From assembly GCA_043801585.1 (NCBI GenBank), contig JAZDLX010000100.1, positions 1 to 24,497 of the forward strand: 24,497 nucleotides of DNA. The letters run 5' to 3'. This DNA comes from a bacterium (GTDB lineage: Bacteria > Electryoneota > Electryoneia > Electryoneales > Electryoneaceae). This document shows, one piece after another, positions 1-13,801 of this stretch; position 1 is the stretch's first letter, and the number at the start of each line of letters is the position of its first letter. A program made the position numbers and the translations under genes. The notes beneath the pieces are model-generated. The model was not told where the DNA came from, searched no databases, and saw only the letters and a program-made list of their open reading frames with translations.

Positions 1-1
1 C

Positions 2-1921
2 GGCCTGACCGCCGCCTCGCAGGTCCAGGTGGGTCAGGTGTCGTTCCAGTCCCAGGATCAGTTTCTGTGGCAGCAGTTCATGGTACCGGGACAGTTCAAC
101 CTGCCTCGTCCGACGGGAGAGTACGACACCTACGTATCGAGCGGCTATTTCCCGATCGAACCGGGTGAACGTCAACGGATGGCGATTTCCGTGGGGATCT
201 CAGCCGGTGGTGCAAGCAAGAACGCCGACATTCAGAGTGTCATCACCAAGCAGCGGCATGCCCTGGAAGCCTACGAAGTGGACTACCAGTTCGCTAAGGC
301 TCCGCTCAAGCCTGCTCTGAAAGCAGTTCCCGGCGACGGCAAGGTGACCCTTTACTGGGACGAGCTGGCTGAGGAGTCCATCGACCGCTACATCGAAAGC
401 GTGGGTGGAATCGCGAAGGACTTCGAGGGGTATCGCGTCTACCGCGCCACGGACGCGGCGATGACGGATGCGCGTGTGATCACCGACGCCTACGGTACGC
501 CGGTGCTGTTGCGTCCCATCGCGCAGTTCGATCTGAAGGATGGAATCACGGGATTGCATCCGATCGACATCAACGGCGTCAAGTTCGATCTCGGGAACGA
601 CACCGGTCTTCAGCACAGTTTCACCGACACCACGGCGACCAACGGCCAGCGTTATTTCTACGCGGTCACCGCCTATGACTTCGGTTTTGAGGGGGCTGAG
701 ATCGCCCCGAGCGAGAGTCCGATCCAGATCGATGTCAACCAGCAGGGAGATATCAAGCTCGGGCGCAACGTTGCGGTTGTCCGGCCAACGGCTCCCGCTG
801 CGGGCTATCTCCCGGCAGGCGTTGCCTGGTTCGAGCACTCCTCGGGGGGAGCAACAGGGGTGATGGAGGTTCGTGAGATCGTGGACCCCGAAGCGATTCA
901 GGACGGTCACATTTATGCTGTCACCTTTCGAGACACGGTGCTCAGCGGGAATTCAGGCGACACCCTGACCACTCGTGATTTCAGTGTCAGCGATGAAACG
1001 ACGGGTGAGGTCGTCTTTGAGAACAGCCATTATTTCAATGAAGGCGATCGCATTCCTGTAACCGACGGTTTCGAACTGTCGATGTCCAACGAGCCGTTCG
1101 TACAGTTGGACGCAGTTCGGACGGGATGGAATTCGAGCGAGGTCCATCCCTACGCGTTCGATCCGGTAACGTTCATCGGAGTTCGTGGAGAACGGCGTCC
1201 CAACGACTATCGCCTGATTGTTGGAGAGGGGGTGCAGAGCACCTCCTATGACACGACGATTGGGTTTATTCATCTGGCTGCCAAGGATGTGAACATCAGG
1301 CTGGAGAACATTCAGACCGGTTTGCCTGTCACGTTCGCCTATGCCGATCTCTACGGCAATGACGGCATGTTCAACGTCAACCCGACGAACGGCGACCAGA
1401 CGGACATCCTGTTCATGCTTGAAGGGAATGGATCAGGCGGCCTGCGGTACACGTGGCAGATCAGCCTGCTGCTGACCAATTCGACACGCGATCCGCAACC
1501 CGGTGATACGCTTGAAATCAGGCTGCACAAACCCTTCCTGTCCAGCGACGTTTACCGTTTCGAAGTGACCCGGTCAGGGATCTCGAAGTCCACAGCAAAA
1601 CAGGAACTGAACCGCATCCGGGTGGTGCCGAATCCCTATATCGCCGCGGAATCCTGGGAGCCAAACAATCCATACTCCAGCGGGCGCGGACCACGGGAGA
1701 TCCATTTCATCAACCTTCCGAACAAGTGTACGATTCGAATCTTCAACGTCAACGGCACCCTCGTGGACACGATAGAGCACGAAGCACCCGGCGAGAATGG
1801 AACGGAGATCTGGGATGTGCTCAGCAAGGAAGGGCTTTCCATCGCCTACGGCATCTACATCTACCACGTGGATGCTCCCGGGGTTGGGCAGAAGACCGGA
1901 ACATTTGGAGTGATCAAATGA
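2..1921 (+). CDS. Large secreted protein, 5'-truncated, with an Fn3-like segment and an atypical T9SS-like C-terminal domain
   Basis: Frame is open from base 2 (GLTAASQVQVGQ...). Fn3-like motifs PGDGKVTLYWD, DFEGYRVYRA and NGQRYFYAVTAYD. C-terminus IRVVPNPY...IHFINLPNKCTIRIFNVNG...WDV...YGIYIYHV resembles a T9SS sorting domain. Confidence 0.8.
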   Translation, partial: GLTAASQVQVGQVSFQSQDQFLWQQFMVPGQFNLPRPTGEYDTYVSSGYFPIEPGERQRMAISVGISAGGASKNADIQSVITKQRHALEAYEVDYQFAKAPLKPALKAVPGDGKVTLYWDELAEESIDRYIESVGGIAKDFEGYRVYRATDAAMTDARVITDAYGTPVLLRPIAQFDLKDGITGLHPIDINGVKFDLGNDTGLQHSFTDTTATNGQRYFYAVTAYDFGFEGAEIAPSESPIQIDVNQQGDIKLGRNVAVVRPTAPAAGYLPAGVAWFEHSSGGATGVMEVREIVDPEAIQDGHIYAVTFRDTVLSGNSGDTLTTRDFSVSDETTGEVVFENSHYFNEGDRIPVTDGFELSMSNEPFVQLDAVRTGWNSSEVHPYAFDPVTFIGVRGERRPNDYRLIVGEGVQSTSYDTTIGFIHLAAKDVNIRLENIQTGLPVTFAYADLYGNDGMFNVNPTNGDQTDILFMLEGNGSGGLRYTWQISLLLTNSTRDPQPGDTLEIRLHKPFLSSDVYRFEVTRSGISKSTAKQELNRIRVVPNPYIAAESWEPNNPYSSGRGPREIHFINLPNKCTIRIFNVNGTLVDTIEHEAPGENGTEIWDVLSKEGLSIAYGIYIYHVDAPGVGQKTGTFGVIK

Positions 1922-2982
1922 AACAACATCGCGCCAAAGGAAGGATGGGATTCCGGTTGGTTCGGGTGGCGATTCTCTGCGGTTTATCGCTTGCGTTTCT
2001 GCTCCCGGCAGGAAATGTGAAAGCACAGGCGACGACGAAGGTGGGAACGTCCGCCGCTATCTTCCTGCGAATTCCGGTGGGAGCGCGGGCAAGCAGCCTG
2101 GGAAGCGCTTTCAGCTCGCAGGCGGACGACGCCTCCGTTCTCTATTGGAACACCGGCGGGATCTCGCGGCTGAGCGGGTGTCATTTCATCTTCGACTATT
2201 CCGACTGGTTGCCGGGGTTGAATTTCGGTTTCATCGGCGCCACCCTGCCGATCGGCGGAACTCTGACAATGGGCGCCGTTGCCACCCATCTCTCCACGGA
2301 AGAAATGGAAATCACCACTCCCGACGCCCCGATGGGAACCGGGCAGACCTATGACGCGGCGAGCACCTCCATCGGCGCCGCGTTGAGCAGCCGCCTGACG
2401 GACAAATTCTCCATCGGCGGGACGATCAAAATCATCCAGGAACGGATCTACAACACATCATCCACGGGGCTGGCCTTCGATGTCGGCACTCTTTTCGACA
2501 CTCCCTTCTGGGGCGTCCGGCTTGGAGTTTCGATCTCGAACGTGGGGACGAAACTCCAGATGAGAGGCGAGGACCTGAATGTGCGAGTGGACATCGATCC
2601 CAGCCAGTCCGGCAACAACGAGACGATTGTTGGAGAGCTGAAGACGGACTCATTCGATCCACCGATGATTCTGCGGATCGGGCTGTCCGACGAAGCGTTT
2701 CGCACGGATCATTTCCGGCTCACCTGGATGATCGACGGAGTCAATCCCAACGACAACGCCCCGAGCGTCAATCTTGGCCTGGAGTTTGGACTGTTCCGCG
2801 ACATCATCCAGTTGCGCTGCGGCTACAACGATCTGTTCCTCGAGGACAGCATACGCGGGTTCACCGTGGGCACAGGCATCCGTATGCAGACCGGAACGAG
2901 AGGGCTGACCTTCGATTATGCTTACCAGTCCTTCAAATATCTCGGCGGAGTCAACCGATTTACCCTGAACCTGGTGATTTGA
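1918..2982 (+). CDS. PorV/PorQ (UPF0164)-family outer-membrane beta-barrel
   Basis: Signal peptide ending VKA-Q, then the family-typical KVGTSAAIFLRIPVGARASSLG...DDASVLYWNTGG. Amphipathic strands and terminal FDYAY...NRFTL. ATG 1918 overlaps the upstream stop (ATGA) and follows a GGAG RBS. ATG 1945 is an alternative start. Confidence 0.85.
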   Translation: MKQHRAKGRMGFRLVRVAILCGLSLAFLLPAGNVKAQATTKVGTSAAIFLRIPVGARASSLGSAFSSQADDASVLYWNTGGISRLSGCHFIFDYSDWLPGLNFGFIGATLPIGGTLTMGAVATHLSTEEMEITTPDAPMGTGQTYDAASTSIGAALSSRLTDKFSIGGTIKIIQERIYNTSSTGLAFDVGTLFDTPFWGVRLGVSISNVGTKLQMRGEDLNVRVDIDPSQSGNNETIVGELKTDSFDPPMILRIGLSDEAFRTDHFRLTWMIDGVNPNDNAPSVNLGLEFGLFRDIIQLRCGYNDLFLEDSIRGFTVGTGIRMQTGTRGLTFDYAYQSFKYLGGVNRFTLNLVI

Positions 2983-3067
2983 AGATCCGAGGACATAAAA
3001 AACGGAGGCTGTAATAAAGAACTTGAATCAAGTGAGTTCAAAGGAAGTTTAAAGGGGAGAGAAGACG

Positions 3068-5158
3068 ATGAAAGGAAATCGTTTTCAACAAGCGCTGTTG
3101 GTCGTGCTGGTCCTCGCGGTGTGCGCCGCACCGCTGATGGCCGCACCGATCAATGTTACTGTGCGGTTCAACTCGAGCACTCTTCTGGACACGTTCAGCG
3201 TGAACCATTACGTCCAGATCCGGGGAGAACTGAACGGCCAGGAGAATGTTCTCCTGCCGGACTACAAGAACGTGGCGTGGGATGAAACGTCCGGCCTGGT
3301 GATGCACAATGTGGGGGGTGACTATTGGCAGATCAAATTCAAGATGATGCCGGATGACACCCTGGCGTACAAGTTCTGGACCGGATTCGACGAGAGCACA
3401 GGTACGCCCCTGCCGTGGACCGGCTGGGAGGGCGACATCACCGATCCGAACGGAGTGGCAGGCAACAACCGTGTGCTGATCTCCGGTTCAACGGATACGG
3501 TACTCGCTGTGCAATACTACAACGGAGTGGCGGCTCAGAAGAACCAGTACTTCCGCCCGTACACGGTAAAGCCGGACACGGTCGCTGTCCGCTTCCGGGT
3601 GGACATGGCGGGAGTGGAACAGGCGACGGATTTTGACCCGACTGTCGACATTCCAGTGATGGTCTATGGAGGACTGCCGCTGGGCGCGACGGATGATCCC
3701 TGGGCTTCATTCCTTACCCTCAGCCGTGACGCCACCACCGGCGTGGGAGCCGACTTCTGGTCCGGCACTGCGTATGTCCCCACAGCGGACCTCTTCGAGG
3801 GTGTGTCACAGAGCTACAAATTCGTCTACTCACCGGGCGGAACGGCCGAAGCTTGGGAGGACAACGTTTCAAACCGGGGATTCACTTTCTCCACAGAACT
3901 GGCAGCGGGGGACAAAGACACAACGCTCCATTGGGTCTATTTCGACGGTCGTGTCCCACATATCGGAGATCCGATCAATACCGACATTATCTGGACGATG
4001 GACCCCGGTGCCTTGCAGGAGCTGGGATTCTTTGACCGGACTGTCGGAGATAAAATTCTGATCTCCGGACCAAAAGGATGGGGGATTCCCGACCAGGCGA
4101 TCGAGGTTACCTTCCAGCCGTTGCTTGACTACTGGATCGGGCAGGATGCCTTCACCAAGTACCCCGGAGACGTCCTGTTCTACAAGTACGTCATTCTGTA
4201 CGACTCATCGCGGGTAGACACACTCAGCGAGAACTACATCCCGGGCCTGCCGGGCGTCCAACTGTGGGAAGAGCCCAGTTCAACCATGGGTTCCAACCGC
4301 ACCTACTCGATTCTCAACCAGGCCAGCCAACAGGTGGGTGGAGACTTCGGGTATGATTTCCAGTTCTATGCCAGCATTCCGCCGGAAGGCGTCATCCCGA
4401 ACGACATGGCGGTGACCTTCAACGTCAACATGGCGCCTGCCGCGGATGCGGAAATCAACACTACCAATCCGCTCTTCAGACCGGGTGTCGATACTCCCTA
4501 TCTGTATTTTGAGAGTCCGCTGCTGATGCTCACTCAGGGTTTGCCGGCGTATGAACATACGATCGACATGACCGATACGGATGGTGATGGCGTCTATTCG
4601 GCGGATCTGGCGATGACGGGACCGACTGTCTATCAGATTGGCTTCAGGGTCGGATACACGACGGACGGCGACGATGTGATCAACGGTGGAGGAGTCCAGG
4701 CGGGACGGCGCTACTACCAGTTCATCTGGCCGCTACTCCATGAGCCGGGGGGTGAGACCACGTGGCCTTCGACCTACGAACTAGCGACAATCGACTGGGT
4801 GGCGTTTGAATTGCCTTCGGAAACCCCGCCCGATTTCTCGCAGTCTCTCTCGGTTGCGGACAGGGGCAGTGCGGTTCCCGGCACTTGGTACCTTGCCCAG
4901 AATTACCCGAACCCATTCAACCCGACAACGACACTCATCTACCAAGTCGGTGCACGTGAGCGGGTGACGATTTCCGTCTATTCGATTCTTGGGCAAAGGG
5001 TGCGGACGCTGGTCGATGCGCCTCTGGATCCGGGCAGTCACCGGACTGTTTGGGACGGCCGCGATGCTTCGGGCCGCGTGCTGGCTTCGGGCGTCTATTT
5101 CGTCCGTCTTTCGAGCACGAGCTTCTCACAGGCGAGAAAAATCACGTTGGTACGATAG
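3068..5158 (+). CDS. Secreted non-catalytic multi-module protein (four CBM20-like modules) with a T9SS type-A/FlgD-Ig CTD
   Basis: Signal peptide and AAGGGGAG RBS. Repeated V.F.V.M ... YKF/YKY ... WE ... NR motifs. CTD LAQNYPNPFNPTT...WDGRD..G..LASGVYFVRL...KITLVR. Confidence 0.75.
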   Translation: MKGNRFQQALLVVLVLAVCAAPLMAAPINVTVRFNSSTLLDTFSVNHYVQIRGELNGQENVLLPDYKNVAWDETSGLVMHNVGGDYWQIKFKMMPDDTLAYKFWTGFDESTGTPLPWTGWEGDITDPNGVAGNNRVLISGSTDTVLAVQYYNGVAAQKNQYFRPYTVKPDTVAVRFRVDMAGVEQATDFDPTVDIPVMVYGGLPLGATDDPWASFLTLSRDATTGVGADFWSGTAYVPTADLFEGVSQSYKFVYSPGGTAEAWEDNVSNRGFTFSTELAAGDKDTTLHWVYFDGRVPHIGDPINTDIIWTMDPGALQELGFFDRTVGDKILISGPKGWGIPDQAIEVTFQPLLDYWIGQDAFTKYPGDVLFYKYVILYDSSRVDTLSENYIPGLPGVQLWEEPSSTMGSNRTYSILNQASQQVGGDFGYDFQFYASIPPEGVIPNDMAVTFNVNMAPAADAEINTTNPLFRPGVDTPYLYFESPLLMLTQGLPAYEHTIDMTDTDGDGVYSADLAMTGPTVYQIGFRVGYTTDGDDVINGGGVQAGRRYYQFIWPLLHEPGGETTWPSTYELATIDWVAFELPSETPPDFSQSLSVADRGSAVPGTWYLAQNYPNPFNPTTTLIYQVGARERVTISVYSILGQRVRTLVDAPLDPGSHRTVWDGRDASGRVLASGVYFVRLSSTSFSQARKITLVR

Positions 5159-5187
5159 TAGTCTGCTGAAGGGTGAACAGGTGCGCT

Positions 5188-5221
5188 GCGAAGGGGATTC
5201 GGTACCCCGGATTCCCTTCGC
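5188..5221 (+). other. Intergenic 15-bp stem-loop without a U-tract (possible mRNA-stabilising or processing hairpin)
   Basis: GCGAAGGGGATTCGG-TACC-CCGGATTCCCTTCGC, with two G-U pairs on the + strand. It lies 30 nt after the 5158 stop. Confidence 0.55.
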
Positions 5222-5225
5222 GGCC

Positions 5226-7463
5226 ATGTTGAAACAAAACAGGAACGGGGAGCCGTTGAGACGGATCGCAAACAGGAAGTTGAATCCGGGATGGGCTGGC
5301 GCGGCGGTGCTGATTGCGCTGTTCGTCACAATCACAACCGCCACGGCGCAGGATTTCATTGTTGGAGGGGATATCTCCTCTCTTTGCGCAGTCCTCGACG
5401 CCGACGGCGTTTATTACGACAGCACGCAGAGTGAAGATCTCCCGTTGATCATGAAGCAGCACGGTTTCAACTGGATCCGGTTGAAACTCTGGCATACCCC
5501 GGCGGAACCGTACAACGACCTGCCACGGGTCGTCCAGACGGCTGTCGAAGCCAAAGCGCGGGGTCTGAAATTCCTGCTCGATTTTCACTACTCCGACACT
5601 TGGGCGGACCCGGGTAAACAATACAAGCCGGCTGCATGGGTGGGATTGGATTTTGACACGCTCGTGGACAGTCTTTACGAGTATACCAAAGCGGTAATGA
5701 TCACGTTGCGTGACGCCGATGCGATGCCGGATATGGTACAACTCGGAAATGAGATCAACTCGGGAATGTTGTGGCCGGACGGGAATCCATTCGCCACAGG
5801 AGGAAGTTGGGTGCAATTGGGTAAATTGCTGAAAGCGGGGGAGCAGGCGGTGCGTTACAGCGAAGCGCCGGGCGATAGCGGCACCGTCAAGATCATGATC
5901 CACCACGCGGATGGAAGCGCGTGGTTTTTCGGCAAGGTTCTCGATGAAGGGGTGCACGTAGACTATTTCGGACGCTCCTACTATCCCCAGTGGCACGGCA
6001 CGTTAAGCGATCTGGAAAACAACCTGACGAGTCTCGCGTCTCAATTCAGCCAGGGAATCATTGTTGCTGAAACGGCTTACCAATGGACGGAGGATTGGAG
6101 CGATGGAACCGGCAATGTCCTCGGATCGGGCAACCTGTTGCCTGGTTATCCGGCGACTGTGGATGGCCAGAAGAAGTTTCTGATCAAGGTGCGAAGCATC
6201 GTTCAAAACCTCCCGAACGGTCGTGGCAGCGGCGTTTTCTACTGGGAGCCCGCCTGGCTGCCGAGCCAGACCTATGGTTCTCCCATGGAAAACGCGACCC
6301 TGTTCGATTTCGACGGGAACGCGCTGCCATCCATAGACGCTCTCGCCACGGACATTTCCCAGATGCCCACCTCGAACCTGACCCTGCGTTTCAACACATC
6401 CACGGTGGGGGATACGCTGAAGCCGCAGAACCTTGTGCTGCTGATTGGTGAGGTGAAAGGATATACCGGCAATACCCTGTCGGACGGCAGGGTGGTGTCG
6501 TGGGGTAAAAGCACTTCACGGTTATTTGCCCAGAACATCGGTGGCGATTACTGGGAGATCACGATCCCGCTAATCGTTGGTGATACACTGAAGTACAAGG
6601 TCTGGACCGGGCGGACGACGATATCGACGGAGGACAATGGAAACTACGAGGGTCAGGTTGTACCGGATGGCGACCTCGAAGGCAACACCCGGATAGTGAT
6701 TGCAGGCGCGGCGGATTCAACCTATCCGCTTGAATACGTGAACGGAACGGGGGGGACAGTCCAGCAGTACTGGCGTCCGTACGCACTGGATCCGGATTCC
6801 ATCGTCATCGCCTACCGTGTGAACATGGCGTACCCGATGCAAGCCGGTGGTTTCGATCCGAACGGCGGAGATCAGGTGGGAGTGATTGGCGACCCGCCAT
6901 TGTCCAGCTCGATGCCGACGCTGCTTGAGAGGGAACAGAACAGCGTTGCGGGCGGGTCGTTCTGGTCGGGTGCAGTCAGGATCCCGCGAGCGAACCTGAC
7001 CTGGGGCTACGTTCAGTCCTACCGGTTCGCGGTGGTTCGTGACGACACACTTGCTCAATCCGAAGACAATGAACGGTCTTTTGACCTGTCCGAAACCTTT
7101 GCCGATGAGGATACAACGCTGCACTGGGTGTTCTTCAACGATGAAGGAGGAGCCTCCGTAAAGGATGAAACTGTTTCCGTTCCGCGGAAATACGCCGTCC
7201 TCTCCGCACACCCCAATCCCTTCAACAGCGAGGTTGAAATCACCTGTGAGCTCGCGCGGAGTATGGACATCCAGTTGTCGATCTTCAACCTGCTCGGACA
7301 GCGCGTCAGGACGTTGGACAAATCCAGGCAAACGGCGGGAGTTCACCGCTTCGTCTGGGACGGACGGGATGAACGGGGAACCGGCCTGCCTTCGGGCACG
7401 TACATCGTCTGGTTGATTACCTCCGAAGGGACGGACGTACGGAAGGTCACGCTTGTGCGGTAG
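5226..7463 (+). CDS. GH53 endo-beta-1,4-galactanase with two accessory modules and a T9SS type-A CTD
   Basis: GH53 motifs GGDISS, GFNWIRLKLW, LLDFHYSDTWADPGKQ, MVQLGNE (acid/base), VAETAY (nucleophile) and GVFYWEPAW. CTD HPNPFNS...WDGRDE.G..LPSGTY...KVTLVR. Start is uncertain (ATG 5226, or TTG 5256/5280). Confidence 0.92.
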   Translation: MLKQNRNGEPLRRIANRKLNPGWAGAAVLIALFVTITTATAQDFIVGGDISSLCAVLDADGVYYDSTQSEDLPLIMKQHGFNWIRLKLWHTPAEPYNDLPRVVQTAVEAKARGLKFLLDFHYSDTWADPGKQYKPAAWVGLDFDTLVDSLYEYTKAVMITLRDADAMPDMVQLGNEINSGMLWPDGNPFATGGSWVQLGKLLKAGEQAVRYSEAPGDSGTVKIMIHHADGSAWFFGKVLDEGVHVDYFGRSYYPQWHGTLSDLENNLTSLASQFSQGIIVAETAYQWTEDWSDGTGNVLGSGNLLPGYPATVDGQKKFLIKVRSIVQNLPNGRGSGVFYWEPAWLPSQTYGSPMENATLFDFDGNALPSIDALATDISQMPTSNLTLRFNTSTVGDTLKPQNLVLLIGEVKGYTGNTLSDGRVVSWGKSTSRLFAQNIGGDYWEITIPLIVGDTLKYKVWTGRTTISTEDNGNYEGQVVPDGDLEGNTRIVIAGAADSTYPLEYVNGTGGTVQQYWRPYALDPDSIVIAYRVNMAYPMQAGGFDPNGGDQVGVIGDPPLSSSMPTLLEREQNSVAGGSFWSGAVRIPRANLTWGYVQSYRFAVVRDDTLAQSEDNERSFDLSETFADEDTTLHWVFFNDEGGASVKDETVSVPRKYAVLSAHPNPFNSEVEITCELARSMDIQLSIFNLLGQRVRTLDKSRQTAGVHRFVWDGRDERGTGLPSGTYIVWLITSEGTDVRKVTLVR

Positions 7464-7505
7464 AGGGTTGCCGTCGGTTCACCGCTTTCCGCCTGCGGCG
7501 GACAG

Positions 7506-7577
7506 AGCATATGCCGGGTTCGGAGACCCCGGCCTACATGGAAAAGCACATGCCGGGTTCGGAGACCCCGGCCTACA
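7506..7577 (-). repeat. Two tandem GTAG-type REP-like elements (33-bp unit, period 39)
   Basis: 7506-7538 and 7545-7577 differ at one base. The minus strand reads GTAG-GCCGGG-GTCTCCGAA-CCCGGC, a tetranucleotide followed by a hairpin. Confidence 0.75.
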
Positions 7578-7582
7578 CGATT

Positions 7583-7620
7583 AAGGAACCGACGGAACGG
7601 TAAAGGAACCGATGGAACAG
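7583..7620 (+). repeat. Short direct repeat (18 bp x2, period 20)
   Basis: AAGGAACCGACGGAACGG and AAGGAACCGATGGAACAG, 16/18 identical. Confidence 0.6.
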
Positions 7621-7730
7621 AAAAAACCAGATTGCAGAGTTGAGCGCACGTTGTGCGCTCGAGCTTGCACCTGCGGTGCTGCGGTTCGCTACGCTCACAA
7701 TGACAACCATACGGCCGACAGATACGGGAA

Positions 7731-7757
7731 ACCCGGCTGACAGGGCAGCCGGGCCAC
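7731..7757 (-). repeat. GTGG-type REP-like palindrome
   Basis: ACCCGGCTG-ACAGGG-CAGCCGGG-CCAC. Same ends as the copies at 20553, 20747 and 24208. Confidence 0.7.
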
Positions 7758-7780
7758 ACAAAGGAAACGAATTAGAATAA

Positions 7781-7808
7781 ACCCTGTTTGACAAGCAAAC
7801 AGGGGCAC
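7781..7808 (-). repeat. REP-like palindrome (GTGC plus 9-bp stem)
   Basis: A-CCCTGTTTG-ACAAG-CAAACAGGG-GCAC. Same architecture as the GTGG elements. Confidence 0.5.
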
Positions 7809-7850
7809 AAAACGTAATACTCGCAATGACAGATTGAAGGGGGTTGAACC

Positions 7851-12744
<4,894 letters not shown>

Positions 12745-12766
12745 TACTCAGGAATGGAAGAGAACC

Positions 12767-13795
12767 ATGGCGGCAAGAATCCCGACGTTGAAGGATCTGG
12801 CAGGTGAAATGGGTGTGTCTGTTTCGACGGTCTCGCGCGCACTCCATGGACACCACTCGATCAGCCGTGAGATGGTTGATCGCGTTCAGGCTCTCGCCGA
12901 ACAAAAGGGCTACGTTCCGAACGGTGTGGCCCGAGGGTTGAAAAAGAAGAATACGAAGACGATCGGGGTGCTCGTCCCGGAAATTCGCCACGAATTTTTC
13001 TCGTCGGCGATCGACGGCATCGAGGAGGTCGCTTTCGACAAAGGCTATACCGTTCACATCGCAAAATCGAACGAGGACTACCAGCGCGAAGTGATGAACA
13101 CGCGCAGCTTCAGCTCGAACCGTGTTGCGGGAGTCATCGCGTCCGTCTCCCAGAACACCATGGAGGGACATCACTTTCAGAAGTTGATCAACGCCGGCAT
13201 TCCCGTCGTCCTGTTTGACCGGGTTCTCGACGATCTCGAGGTGAACAAGGTGATCGTCGATGACTATGAGGCCGCGAAACGTGCGGTGAATCATTTCATC
13301 GAATCCGGCTATCGCCGCATTGCGCTGCTCACCGGACCACCCCATCTCAACATTACAAAAGAGAGGCAACGGGGATATACTGACGCACTCAACGATGCAG
13401 GCATGAGCATTGACGAAGATCTGATCCTGACCTGTGAACTGAACGAGGAGGAGGGGGCGAGGGGAATGCGCGAGTTGCTGGCCAATCCCAAGCTGCCCGA
13501 CGCGGTGTTTGCGATCAATGATCCTCTTGCTGTCGGTGCGCATCGTCAGATTCGCAGTTCAGGGTTGCGCATGCCCAAAGACATCGGGCTCATGGGATTT
13601 TCAAACAACCCGGTGACAAATATGATCGATCCACCGCTGACAACAACGGATCAGCACGGCTATGAACTGGGACGAAAAGCAGCACGCATTCTTCTCGCGG
13701 AGATCAGCGGAGAGCACGCCGATGCCAAGCCAGAGACCTACATCGTTCCCAGCACGTTCATCATTCGCCGCTCCTCCCAGCGCAGGGAAGGGTGA
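12767..13795 (+). CDS. LacI-family transcriptional regulator
   Basis: N-terminal HTH TLKDLAGEMGVSVSTVSRAL, hinge GYVPN..ARGL, and sugar-binding domain motifs IPVVLFDR, DAVFAIND and PPLTT. Confidence 0.95.
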   Translation: MAARIPTLKDLAGEMGVSVSTVSRALHGHHSISREMVDRVQALAEQKGYVPNGVARGLKKKNTKTIGVLVPEIRHEFFSSAIDGIEEVAFDKGYTVHIAKSNEDYQREVMNTRSFSSNRVAGVIASVSQNTMEGHHFQKLINAGIPVVLFDRVLDDLEVNKVIVDDYEAAKRAVNHFIESGYRRIALLTGPPHLNITKERQRGYTDALNDAGMSIDEDLILTCELNEEEGARGMRELLANPKLPDAVFAINDPLAVGAHRQIRSSGLRMPKDIGLMGFSNNPVTNMIDPPLTTTDQHGYELGRKAARILLAEISGEHADAKPETYIVPSTFIIRRSSQRREG

Positions 13796-13801
13796 TCCGT
13801 C

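Noticed and set aside
3074..3087. LacI/cre-like site GGAAATCGTTTTCA
   Set aside because: Single imperfect match inside a coding start, with no second copy to support it.
4989..5225. N-terminal extensions in the ORF track (also 1726-1917, 8926-9024, 19698-19760, 21695-21787, 23011-23112, 23314-23373)
   Set aside because: They overlap neighbouring genes, promoters or intergenic DNA. Downstream starts have an RBS and/or a correctly placed signal peptide.
7506..7577. Possible CRISPR array (33-bp palindromic direct repeats)
   Set aside because: Only two copies, 6 nt apart, with no spacer-length unique sequence and no cas genes. The GTAG-plus-hairpin structure fits a REP.
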